Origin: Promethearchaeota archaeon
GTDB lineage: Archaea > Asgardarchaeota > Lokiarchaeia > Sigyniarchaeales > SOKP01
Direction: 5' to 3'
Length of the DNA: 64,000 nucleotides
Assembly (NCBI GenBank): GCA_048941265.1
Contig: JBHLNT010000006.1
Location: 6,987-70,986, forward strand
The notes under the pieces are model-generated. The model worked only from the letters and a program-made list of their open reading frames with translations. It had not been told where the DNA came from and made no database searches. Positions 56,412 through 64,000 of the stretch are shown here, piece after piece. A program made the translations under genes and the position numbers. Positions within the stretch are counted from its first letter, which is position 1, and each line of letters opens with the position of its first letter.

Positions 56412-58151
56412 TTATTTGTAGATCTTCACACCACGCTTTTCTAAATCTGTCAAAGAATCCGAAAATTCCTTGAATTTATTTTTTTCTAAATTCAAATATT
56501 TAAGTTTTTTAATTAACTTGAGTGTGTAAATTGGTTCTATGTTAGTCAATTGATTGCTTCTTAGAAATAAATATTTAAGTGATTTTAGCTTTCCAACGGA
56601 TTTAGGAATATTCTTTATTTTATTATTTCCTAAATATAAGTATTTTAAAGATGAAAGCTTACCAATAGATTCCGGAATATCTTTAAGTTCATTATAATAT
56701 AAATATAAGTATTTCAACGATTTTAAAGAACCTATTGAATCAGGAATCTCTATTAAAATATTTTTACCTAAATCTAGTACTTCTAATTTAGAAAGTAAAC
56801 CGATGGATTGAGGTATTGTTTTTAATCTATTAAATCCTAAAATCAAATTTTGTATCAATAATATATTTCCAATAGTTTCAGGCAGAGATGTTAATTTGTT
56901 ATTTGATAAATCCAATTCTTTAAGTGAAGACAATTTACCCAATGACTTTGGTAAAATTTTAATATTGTTTTTACTCAAGTCTAATATTTCAAGTGAAGTC
57001 AGAAAACCTATTGAATCAGGTAAATTCTCTAACATATTATCATACAAATCTAATTCTTTTAATGATGTTAAAGACCTAATTGTCTCTGGTAAAGATTGCA
57101 ATTTATTGCGAGAAATTTTTAAACTTTCCAGTTTTTTTAATTTTCCAATTGATTCAGGAAGATCAGTCAAAAAATTTCGGTCTAGACGTAAAATCCTTAG
57201 ATTTGAGAGCTCACCAAATGATTCTGGAAGATTTTTTAATTTATTATCACGAATAGTAAGTCTCATGAGTGATTTTAAAGAACTTAATGAAATAGGGAGT
57301 TTTTTTAAATTATTAGAGGATATACTTAGATTTTCTAAGGATAAAAGTGAACCTATATTCTCGGGCAGAGAATTTAAATTGTTTTCTTTTAATCCTAAAT
57401 ATCTAAGATTTTTGAGATTTTCAATAGAATCAGGCAAAAACTCTAACGTATTTCCTTTTAAAAATAGGGAATTTAAGGCTCTTAATTCTCCTATTGAATC
57501 TGCTAATGATAATAATTTGTTATTTCTCAAATTTAATCTTTTAAGAGATGAAAATGAACCAATCGATTCGGGCAAAGTTGTTAGATTATTATTTCCTAAA
57601 TATAAGATTTCTAAAGATGAGAGTGAATTTAATTTCTCATTGAAAGAACTCAGTTGATTTCCACTTAAATCAAGGGTTTTTAAGTTTTTCAAATTATTTA
57701 AGGAATCAGGTAATTCTTTTAAATTATTTTCACTTAAGTCGAGGAATTCTAAATTTTTAAAAGAGCCGATTGATTCTGGTAAAATTTCTAAATTATTTGA
57801 TTCTAAATACAATTCTTTGAGTGAATTGAGACGATTAATTGAATCAGGCAGGTTTTTTAATTTATTTTCACTTAGATCTAATATTTCAATATTGGAAAGG
57901 GTGCAAAACTGATCTGAAATTTTATTTAAACGATTACCTCTTAAATAGATTCTTTTAAGATTTTTTAATGATGTTATAAAATCTGGAATAGAGGTTAAAC
58001 CACATGAAAATAGACCTAATCCAGTTATATGTTCGTTTTTCACCATATAACCGAACACATAATATTCAAGTTCTTTAACTTCTGGTATTGGACCACCAAT
58101 TTCTCTTTCAAGGTTTTCTAAAACCCTCAGTTCTTCTTTTAGAATTCCCAT
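56412..58151 (-). CDS. Leucine-rich repeat protein (about 22 x 23-aa LRRs, LxxLxxLxLxxNxLxxLPxSIGx)
   Basis: The repeats are directly readable in the translation. There is a short approx 60-aa N-terminal cap and no other domain. Confidence 0.95.
   Translation of the reverse strand: MGILKEELRVLENLEREIGGPIPEVKELEYYVFGYMVKNEHITGLGLFSCGLTSIPDFITSLKNLKRIYLRGNRLNKISDQFCTLSNIEILDLSENKLKNLPDSINRLNSLKELYLESNNLEILPESIGSFKNLEFLDLSENNLKELPDSLNNLKNLKTLDLSGNQLSSFNEKLNSLSSLEILYLGNNNLTTLPESIGSFSSLKRLNLRNNKLLSLADSIGELRALNSLFLKGNTLEFLPDSIENLKNLRYLGLKENNLNSLPENIGSLLSLENLSISSNNLKKLPISLSSLKSLMRLTIRDNKLKNLPESFGELSNLRILRLDRNFLTDLPESIGKLKKLESLKISRNKLQSLPETIRSLTSLKELDLYDNMLENLPDSIGFLTSLEILDLSKNNIKILPKSLGKLSSLKELDLSNNKLTSLPETIGNILLIQNLILGFNRLKTIPQSIGLLSKLEVLDLGKNILIEIPDSIGSLKSLKYLYLYYNELKDIPESIGKLSSLKYLYLGNNKIKNIPKSVGKLKSLKYLFLRSNQLTNIEPIYTLKLIKKLKYLNLEKNKFKEFSDSLTDLEKRGVKIYK
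56471..57968 (-). repeat. 69-bp-period coding repeat array (LRR units)
   Basis: The 23-codon periodicity of the LRR gene also produces the antisense shadow ORF 56896-57657. Confidence 0.85.
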
Positions 58152-58315
58152 CAGATCAATTTCGATGTATTATATTATTTACCAAATAATTTCATAACAC
58201 TATTAAAAAATAATAAAATAGGGTAATATTTATTTTTAACATAAAAAAACGCAGAAATTGAAATAAAATTCTATATTATGAAATTAAAAAAAAAGGAAGA
58301 GAAAAAGAATTAATA

Positions 58316-59515
58316 TTAAAAGTCAATATCTTTCCCTTCATAAGCGTAAGTAAAAATTTTATTATAGGCCTCTGCATTTGGAGACCTTGGACTCATCACA
58401 CTGCTAGAGCTTTGAAAACAGAGATTCACTAACATCTTCAAATTATTATCAAAATCTTCTCGAGAAATTCCTAATTCTTTAAGACTAAATGGGAAATCAA
58501 CTTCTTTCATTAAATTTTTAAGTTTATCGATAATGATATATGCTGCTTTACGATTATCATCAGACCAGTCCGCCCATCCTAATTTTTTTGCACTTCTGCC
58601 TAAAATTTCAGTGGATACATCATTTTCATCTGGATTATTAAGACAATATTGTGTTACATACGGAAGAAACAGACCAACAGCCCTTCCATGAGGAGTATGA
58701 AAAACCGCGCCCCAACTATGACCCATGGAATGACCCAAATGAGCTTGTCCATTACCAAATCCTAATCCTGCGATAGTTGCAGCTTGATGTAAGAAATCTC
58801 TCGCCTCCATATTATTACCATCTTTATAAGCAACAGGTAAATATTTAAATACGAGTTCGATGGCTTTTATACATAAAGCATCGCTAAATTCATTTCTCCA
58901 AACAGAAACTAGCCCTTCAACAGAATGGGCAAGTGTATCGAATGCGGTATCTCGAGTTAATTCGGGAGGCATTCCTGATGGAAAAATTGGATCCACAATC
59001 GCATATGTAGGGATTAATCCTTTATGTGCTTGTTCTAACTTTTTCCACACATCCTCTTCATATCTAGAAATAACTACTGCCCAAGTTGTTTCTGCACCCG
59101 TCCCTGACGTTGTTGGTATAGCAACCATCTTTGCTTTCTTCCCTAAATTATACAATTCCATGTTAAAAGGATGTAAATCATCGACACCAAATTCAGGATA
59201 TTCATATAATGCCCAACCTGCTTTAGCTGTATCCATTACTGAACCACCTCCCAATGCAATTATTATCTCTGGTCCATAAGAGATTAAAAGTTCTTTAGCC
59301 TTAAGAACACCTTCTTCAGTTGGATCAGGTCTTACATCTGTAAAGACTTGATAAGATTTTCCATAACTTTCTAATTTATCAGTAAGGATTTTTAAATAGC
59401 CAAGCTCTTCCAAAACTTTGTCAGTAATAATAAAACATTTCTGCCCGGTTATATTTTGCAAAAAATCAATTGCATCTTCTCCATAGATTATACCAGGGCT
59501 AAAAAAATACCACAT
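58316..59515 (-). CDS. Iron-containing alcohol dehydrogenase
   Basis: The GGGSVMDTAK motif and His-rich metal site (HSVEG...HLGHSMGH) mark the Fe-ADH family. Confidence 0.9.
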   Translation of the reverse strand: MWYFFSPGIIYGEDAIDFLQNITGQKCFIITDKVLEELGYLKILTDKLESYGKSYQVFTDVRPDPTEEGVLKAKELLISYGPEIIIALGGGSVMDTAKAGWALYEYPEFGVDDLHPFNMELYNLGKKAKMVAIPTTSGTGAETTWAVVISRYEEDVWKKLEQAHKGLIPTYAIVDPIFPSGMPPELTRDTAFDTLAHSVEGLVSVWRNEFSDALCIKAIELVFKYLPVAYKDGNNMEARDFLHQAATIAGLGFGNGQAHLGHSMGHSWGAVFHTPHGRAVGLFLPYVTQYCLNNPDENDVSTEILGRSAKKLGWADWSDDNRKAAYIIIDKLKNLMKEVDFPFSLKELGISREDFDNNLKMLVNLCFQSSSSVMSPRSPNAEAYNKIFTYAYEGKDIDF

Positions 59516-59674
59516 ATATGGTTTTCACCTAAGTTTTTTTTAAGGATTTATTTTTTAAATATTTTAAATTTAAACTTTAAAGCTTACATTCTAAATTACA
59601 TTGATTTATAATTAAAATTTTCGGTAACATATTTCATGGTAATCTTTAAATAAATTTAATTCGAGGAATGATTT

Positions 59675-60100
59675 ATGAAAAAGTCTGAAAAAGAGAATTT
59701 GTATTTAACATTCAAAGGAGCCATTGCAAGTATAATCGAAGATAAATTAAGAAATCCCAAAAATGTGAAACTAATTAATAAATTTAAAGTAAGATTTAAT
59801 TTAGGATTACAAATCGAAAAAGATTATTATTTCTGGTTAAATATAATTGCTGAAGATGGAAATTATAAGTTAGAAAAGTGAAAATTAGAAGAACATGATT
59901 TAGGTGTATTAGTAGAACCTGTAGATTTATTATATTGGCTTAATCGACAAAATTCAACAATTCATATGGTAACTTAAAAAAACAAGTTTGGATATAAAAA
60001 ATTTCGGTTTGAAAAGAGTAGTAATGGAAAGCGTAATGTAGGACTTCTATTAAAACTCCCGAAAGTTCTTGTTTTGGACAAGATTAAAACAACAAAATAA
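59675..60100 (+). pseudogene. SCP2-like small protein gene interrupted by two in-frame stops
   Basis: One frame reads ...YYFWLNIIAEDGNYKLEK[TGA 59879-59881]KLEEHDLGVLVEPVDLLYWLNRQNSTIHMVT[TAA 59975-59977]KNKFGYKKFRFEKSS...KLPKVLVLDKIKTTK. The overall pattern is reminiscent of SCP2 sterol-carrier folds. Tentative. Confidence 0.4.
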
Positions 60101-60148
60101 ATTTTAATTATTTAGCTAAATTAAAACAAAAGGAGATTAAATCCAGAA

Positions 60149-61279
60149 TTATTTCTCAAGTTTTTTTAATCTTAATTCTGAAATAATATCTGTTAAAACT
60201 TCTAGCATACCTTCAAGATCTTTGACCGTTATTTCACCCATATGACCAATTCTAAAAGTTTTATTTATTAAATTTCCATATCCATTCACGATGCGATAAC
60301 TTTTCATTAACATTAGTTCAATCATTTCAGAATAATCAATATTAAACGTATTTTTTATTGTAGAAACCGTATCTGACTCATAACCCTTTTTCGAAAACAT
60401 TTCTAAGTTTGCATCGCGTGCCCAAATTCTAGTTCGTATTCCTAGTTGTTTATGTCTCTGAAATCTTTTTTCTAATCCTTCTTCATTTAAAATATAATCC
60501 AATTGAGCCACCAAAGCCCTAATTTGTGGAATAGGGGGAGTGTTTGGAGTTTGATGTGATTTATTTTTCTTTACTAAACCAATAAAATCAAGATAAATTC
60601 CTCTATTTTTAACTTCAGATGATTTTTTAATAGCATCATCTGATATTGAACAGACAGCTAAACCAGGGGGTAAAGCGAAGCATTTTTGAACTGACGCTAA
60701 ACACACATCTATACCTAATCTGTCAACCTCTAATTTAACACCAGCCATTGATGAAGTTGCATCAATGCACACTAAAGCTCCCGAATCTTTAATAATTGGA
60801 ACGATCTCATCAATTGGATTATAAACTCCCGTTGAAGTCTCATTTGATTGGAGGCAAACAACGGAGTATTTTTCCTTAGAAAGTACTTCTTCTGCAAATT
60901 CAGGCGTTATTGCGTCCCCCCATTCTACTACTTCTTTTACTACATCTTTTCCATTAGTTAAAGCAGTTTCATACCATCGATCACCAAAAGCTCCTATTGA
61001 TAAGACTAATGCTTTCTCATCTTGCTTAATAAGATTTCTCATACAAGCCTCCATAATTCCAGTGGCTGATGTTGAAAAAATTAAGCATTCATTTTTTGTG
61101 TATAAGACCTTTTTAAGACCCTCTATCGCAAATTGATGCATCTCTGAATAGGGCGTAGATCGATGAGTATCATTTGGTTTTGCTAACTCTTTCAATATTC
61201 TTTCCGGGACATACACAGGTCCGGGAGTAAACAACTTGAGTTTTGAGCCTTCTTTCTTGTCAAAATGAACATCGAACAT
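60149..61279 (-). CDS. Class V PLP aminotransferase (serine-pyruvate / phosphoserine aminotransferase-like)
   Basis: LFTPGPV N-terminus, PLP lysine context SVQKCF, and a C-terminal RIGHMG. Confidence 0.8.
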   Translation of the reverse strand: MFDVHFDKKEGSKLKLFTPGPVYVPERILKELAKPNDTHRSTPYSEMHQFAIEGLKKVLYTKNECLIFSTSATGIMEACMRNLIKQDEKALVLSIGAFGDRWYETALTNGKDVVKEVVEWGDAITPEFAEEVLSKEKYSVVCLQSNETSTGVYNPIDEIVPIIKDSGALVCIDATSSMAGVKLEVDRLGIDVCLASVQKCFALPPGLAVCSISDDAIKKSSEVKNRGIYLDFIGLVKKNKSHQTPNTPPIPQIRALVAQLDYILNEEGLEKRFQRHKQLGIRTRIWARDANLEMFSKKGYESDTVSTIKNTFNIDYSEMIELMLMKSYRIVNGYGNLINKTFRIGHMGEITVKDLEGMLEVLTDIISELRLKKLEK

Positions 61280-61424
61280 AATATCTCAGAACCTTAAAAG
61301 TATTAAAAATTTAAAAGCAACAAATAATAAATAGTTTTTCGATATCCCATGATTATTTAATATTAAGAAAATTGAAATAAATCAAGAAATTTTCCCTAGT
61401 CTATTTCTTTTTTAAAATTAGGAT

Positions 61425-61802
61425 CTATTTAAAATAAACATCTCCAACACCCTCAAATAATTTAGAGATTGTATCCAATACTAAAGGTGAAGTTTCATGA
61501 TGGAGTGCCCATTTCAAAGGTTTTACACCCTTTTTTGGGAACGATAATGCGATAATTTTAGCTGCTGTAACACGTACAAATTCATTATCATCTGAAATTA
61601 AACAATTTTCAATTAATTTAAAAATTTTATTATTAGTAATATTTAGTTTCTTAATAAATTCCAAACTTTTAATTCTAATTTTAGCATCAGAGCTCTCTTC
61701 CACTAATGAAATTAATTGCGCTAAAGCTTCATTTTTATTAATATTTTCATTAATTAGATTAGAATAGATCTTCTCAGGTTCTATTATTGGAACACTGCCC
61801 AT
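61425..61802 (-). CDS. HEAT-repeat protein
   Basis: PBS-lyase-type HEAT units (SSDAKIRIKSLEFIKKL..., DDNEFVRVTAAKIIAL...). Confidence 0.65.
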   Translation of the reverse strand: MGSVPIIEPEKIYSNLINENINKNEALAQLISLVEESSDAKIRIKSLEFIKKLNITNNKIFKLIENCLISDDNEFVRVTAAKIIALSFPKKGVKPLKWALHHETSPLVLDTISKLFEGVGDVYFK

Positions 61803-61829
61803 TATTCTCTCTTTTTTTGTAATATTGAT

Positions 61830-62462
61830 TTAATATCTATAATGAATAGTGTTTTTTTCAAATATAAAATATGATGTTAATTCATCGAAGTTATTAGATC
61901 TTTTTTCTAATTGGAATAAAGTGACGTCAATATTCTTATTTTCCTCATTAATCTGAATAGTGATAAATGAGGGAATACCACTAGCGATAAAGGACCATGC
62001 TCCAGTAACACTTCCAGGATTTATTAATAAAATTCCATTTTTAGTAAGAAATACTTCCTCTTTATGGGTATGTCCAGAAATTAAGATATTGAAATTTTTT
62101 TCATTTGTTGCTATATATTCTAATTGCGAATGATCACCTCTTGGCTCAATTTGATGACCATGTGTAAGTCCTATCGATAAAATCTCATTGTCTTTAAGAC
62201 TTATATTTAAGTTTTGATAAAGTGGTGCATTCCTATTTCCACCATAATAATCCATATTTCCAATAACAATAAAGACCTTATTTTTTGTTTTTAATTTTAA
62301 AAAATCGATAAAATCAAAAGCAGTTATTAAATCCCCAGTAAAAAACGTGTAGTCGAAGACTCTATTATTAGTTAATTCATTCAATTTTTTTATAATTTCA
62401 TTGGGCACGCTTTTTGCTCTTCTTGGAATATGAGCATCTCCAATTATTAAACATCTAACCAT
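61830..62462 (-). CDS. Vps29/YfcE-type metallophosphoesterase
   Basis: LIIGDAHIPRRAKSVPNEI (compare the Vps29 GDxHIPxR...P pattern), FTGDL, GNMD, THGH and SGHTH. Confidence 0.75.
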   Translation of the reverse strand: MVRCLIIGDAHIPRRAKSVPNEIIKKLNELTNNRVFDYTFFTGDLITAFDFIDFLKLKTKNKVFIVIGNMDYYGGNRNAPLYQNLNISLKDNEILSIGLTHGHQIEPRGDHSQLEYIATNEKNFNILISGHTHKEEVFLTKNGILLINPGSVTGAWSFIASGIPSFITIQINEENKNIDVTLFQLEKRSNNFDELTSYFIFEKNTIHYRY

Positions 62463-62479
62463 AATAAAATTAAGTATTT

Positions 62480-63583
62480 TTACTTTGATTTCATTTTTTT
62501 ATATTGCTTTTGAACAAATAATGCCAATTCCTTAGCTGTTTTATTCTTTTCAAAATGTTCTCTTATGGGTTCAAGGAATTGATTTAAACACTTTATAACC
62601 GCGGGTTTTAAATCTGGAGGATTCAATTTACCAGCGGCATAGTCTCTTTCAAGATCTTCGTAAGAGGAATATTCTACATTTCCGCCATATTTTTCAGGTC
62701 TTTCAACAGAAAATTTATCGATTCGTTCAAATATGATGTATTTACAATATTCTAATATTGGATTTTCCTCAATTTGTCTCGGTGGACAATAAGCTTTAGT
62801 TATTTTGCGTTTTATATCTGCAAAAGAGTCTAACATAAATACGGCAGTATCTGGGTCTGATTTAGACATTTTAAGTTGAATTGACCTTTCTATCCCGTTT
62901 AAATCGCTATCAGGCGGTTTTGTTAAGCCCATTAACATATGATGATGAACTGCTACCGGTTTTGGTCTATTTATCTTTTTAGCAATTTCTCTTGCCAACA
63001 TGTTTACCTTTCTTTGATCTAATCCTAATTGACAAATATCCGCAGGTAAATAAAAAATATCGGCTGCCTGCATCAATGGATACAAAATTTGAGAAGCTGA
63101 TAACTTATCAGATTCACTTCTTCCCATAATCTGAGTACAACGCTTCACTCTTTTTAAAGAGCTATTTATTGCTATATTTAAAACAAGTTCCCAATAAGAA
63201 GGGTCTCTTACAATATCAGAAGCATAGATAAATTCAACATTATCTAAATCCATTCCGCAGACTTTCCAAACTTCGATAAAGAAATCTCCAACCTTTTTAA
63301 TAATGTTTAAATCTCCACCAAATTTATGATTAGCTGCAGCATGCCAGTCAGCAACGAGAAATTTGAAAGTAATTCCTGCCTTAGTTAATTTATTTACGTT
63401 TGTTGCTCGTAAAAGTCCTTGAGCTATATGAATATTACCAGAAGGTTCAAATCCATCATAAGCATAAATTTTTTGTTTATGTTCTAGTTTCCAAAGTATC
63501 ATATCTCGTAATTCATCTACATCTATGATTTCTTCGCCAACTTGTTTTATTAAATCAATTTTTTCATCTATAGATAATGTCAT
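62480..63583 (-). CDS. tyrS: Tyrosyl-tRNA synthetase (archaeal/eukaryotic type)
   Basis: YDGFEPSGNIHIAQG (HIGH region) and KMSKS. Confidence 0.85.
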   Translation of the reverse strand: MTLSIDEKIDLIKQVGEEIIDVDELRDMILWKLEHKQKIYAYDGFEPSGNIHIAQGLLRATNVNKLTKAGITFKFLVADWHAAANHKFGGDLNIIKKVGDFFIEVWKVCGMDLDNVEFIYASDIVRDPSYWELVLNIAINSSLKRVKRCTQIMGRSESDKLSASQILYPLMQAADIFYLPADICQLGLDQRKVNMLAREIAKKINRPKPVAVHHHMLMGLTKPPDSDLNGIERSIQLKMSKSDPDTAVFMLDSFADIKRKITKAYCPPRQIEENPILEYCKYIIFERIDKFSVERPEKYGGNVEYSSYEDLERDYAAGKLNPPDLKPAVIKCLNQFLEPIREHFEKNKTAKELALFVQKQYKKMKSK

Positions 63584-63734
63584 CTAAGCATTCACTCTAT
63601 TAATTTTAAATAAGTAAATATACTAATTGATAAAATCTTTATGGATTTTAAAGACTCTGAATTAGTATTAAGCTTAAAATATGAGTTTGTAATTTTTAAA
63701 ATTCATATGGGATTTTTTTAGAGGTTTAAGTAGT

Positions 63735-64000
63735 TTATTCAGTATTGTTTTCCATAATTGCTGCTTGAGCCGCTGCCAATCTGGCAATGGGAATTCTGAA
63801 TGGAGAACATGACACATAATCTAATCCAATAGAATGAGCAAATCCAATAGATTTTGGTTCTCCTCCATGTTCTCCACAAATACCACATTTCAAATCAGAT
63901 CGAGTTTTTCTACCTAATTCTATGCCCATTTTCATAAGTGTCCCAACGCCTTTTTGATCTATTGTTTCAAAGGGATTTTCAACTAATATCTCTTTATTTA
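63735..64000 (-). CDS. ppdK: Pyruvate,phosphate dikinase-type PEP-utilizing enzyme, C-terminal end (partial, continues past the right edge)
   Basis: [41 protein letters not shown] is the conserved PPDK/PEP-utilizer C-terminus. The frame remains open to position 64000. Confidence 0.8.
   Translation of the reverse strand, partial: NKEILVENPFETIDQKGVGTLMKMGIELGRKTRSDLKCGICGEHGGEPKSIGFAHSIGLDYVSCSPFRIPIARLAAAQAAIMENNTE

Noticed and set aside
56896-57657. 253-aa plus-strand ORF inside the LRR gene
   Set aside because: It is an antisense artefact of the 69-bp periodic LRR coding repeat. Its product is itself a low-complexity repeat with no motif. The minus-strand LRR reading is unambiguous.
56471-57968. 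Regular short-period DNA repeats that could look like a CRISPR array
   Set aside because: The periodicity is 69 bp with no unique spacers. It lies within a continuous ORF encoding canonical 23-aa LRRs, so it is not a repeat-spacer structure.
59879-59881. In-frame TGA in the SCP2-like gene as a possible selenocysteine codon
   Set aside because: A second in-frame stop (TAA 59975-59977) follows. The position most plausibly corresponds to Gly. No GC-rich element like those at 25522 and 26477 is present downstream.
1-64000. Search for tRNA, rRNA, CRISPR, IS elements or integrases
   Set aside because: No GC-rich structured-RNA-like islands other than the two SECIS-like elements are visible. I found no repeat-spacer arrays, and no transposase, integrase or terminal-inverted-repeat signatures on either strand.

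Overview
This is a strongly AT-rich, gene-dense archaeal chromosomal window with about 58 protein genes on both strands. I saw no rRNA, tRNA, CRISPR array or convincing mobile element. No GC-rich RNA-gene-like islands are visible except the two small elements described below.

Archaeal housekeeping markers are present: TFB, RadA, archaeal/eukaryotic-type TyrRS, PurH, GuaB, a PPDK C-terminus, tungsten-type AOR, and GGPP-synthase-like and MJ0936-type phosphoesterase genes. They are interleaved with eukaryote-signature-like genes:
- an actin N-terminus at the left edge, missed by the ORF track
- two Ras/Rab-like small GTPases, one fused to a Roadblock/longin-like domain
- a stand-alone Roadblock/LC7 protein
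- a 22-repeat LRR protein
- a JAMM/MPN protein followed by a C2HC zinc-finger protein

This mix points to an Asgard (Loki-like) archaeon.

The most notable signal is a tandem trio of small HesB/IscA-like paralogs on the minus strand at 25.6-26.9 kb. Two of them carry an in-frame TGA at the exact column where the third has Cys. Only those two have a conserved GC-rich hairpin-forming element in the 3' UTR. They are therefore candidate selenoprotein genes with SECIS-like elements, and the ORF track split or missed them.

Other notable items:
- A surface protein of about 1,700 aa has a signal peptide encoded upstream of any ATG/GTG/TTG. It carries tandem Ig-like modules dense in N-x-S/T sequons, a poly-Gly stalk, one TM helix, and a cytoplasmic tail with a longin/Roadblock-like module.
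- Two further genes may also initiate at ATA after a GGTGA Shine-Dalgarno-like motif.
- RadA has an N-terminal SAP-like plus acidic extension.
- Two P2-type ATPase genes sit in tandem as a duplication.
- A glycosylation island contains a WbpB/WbpE/WbpD-like operon.
- There are two decayed genes: a U32 peptidase remnant and an SCP2-like gene with two in-frame stops.
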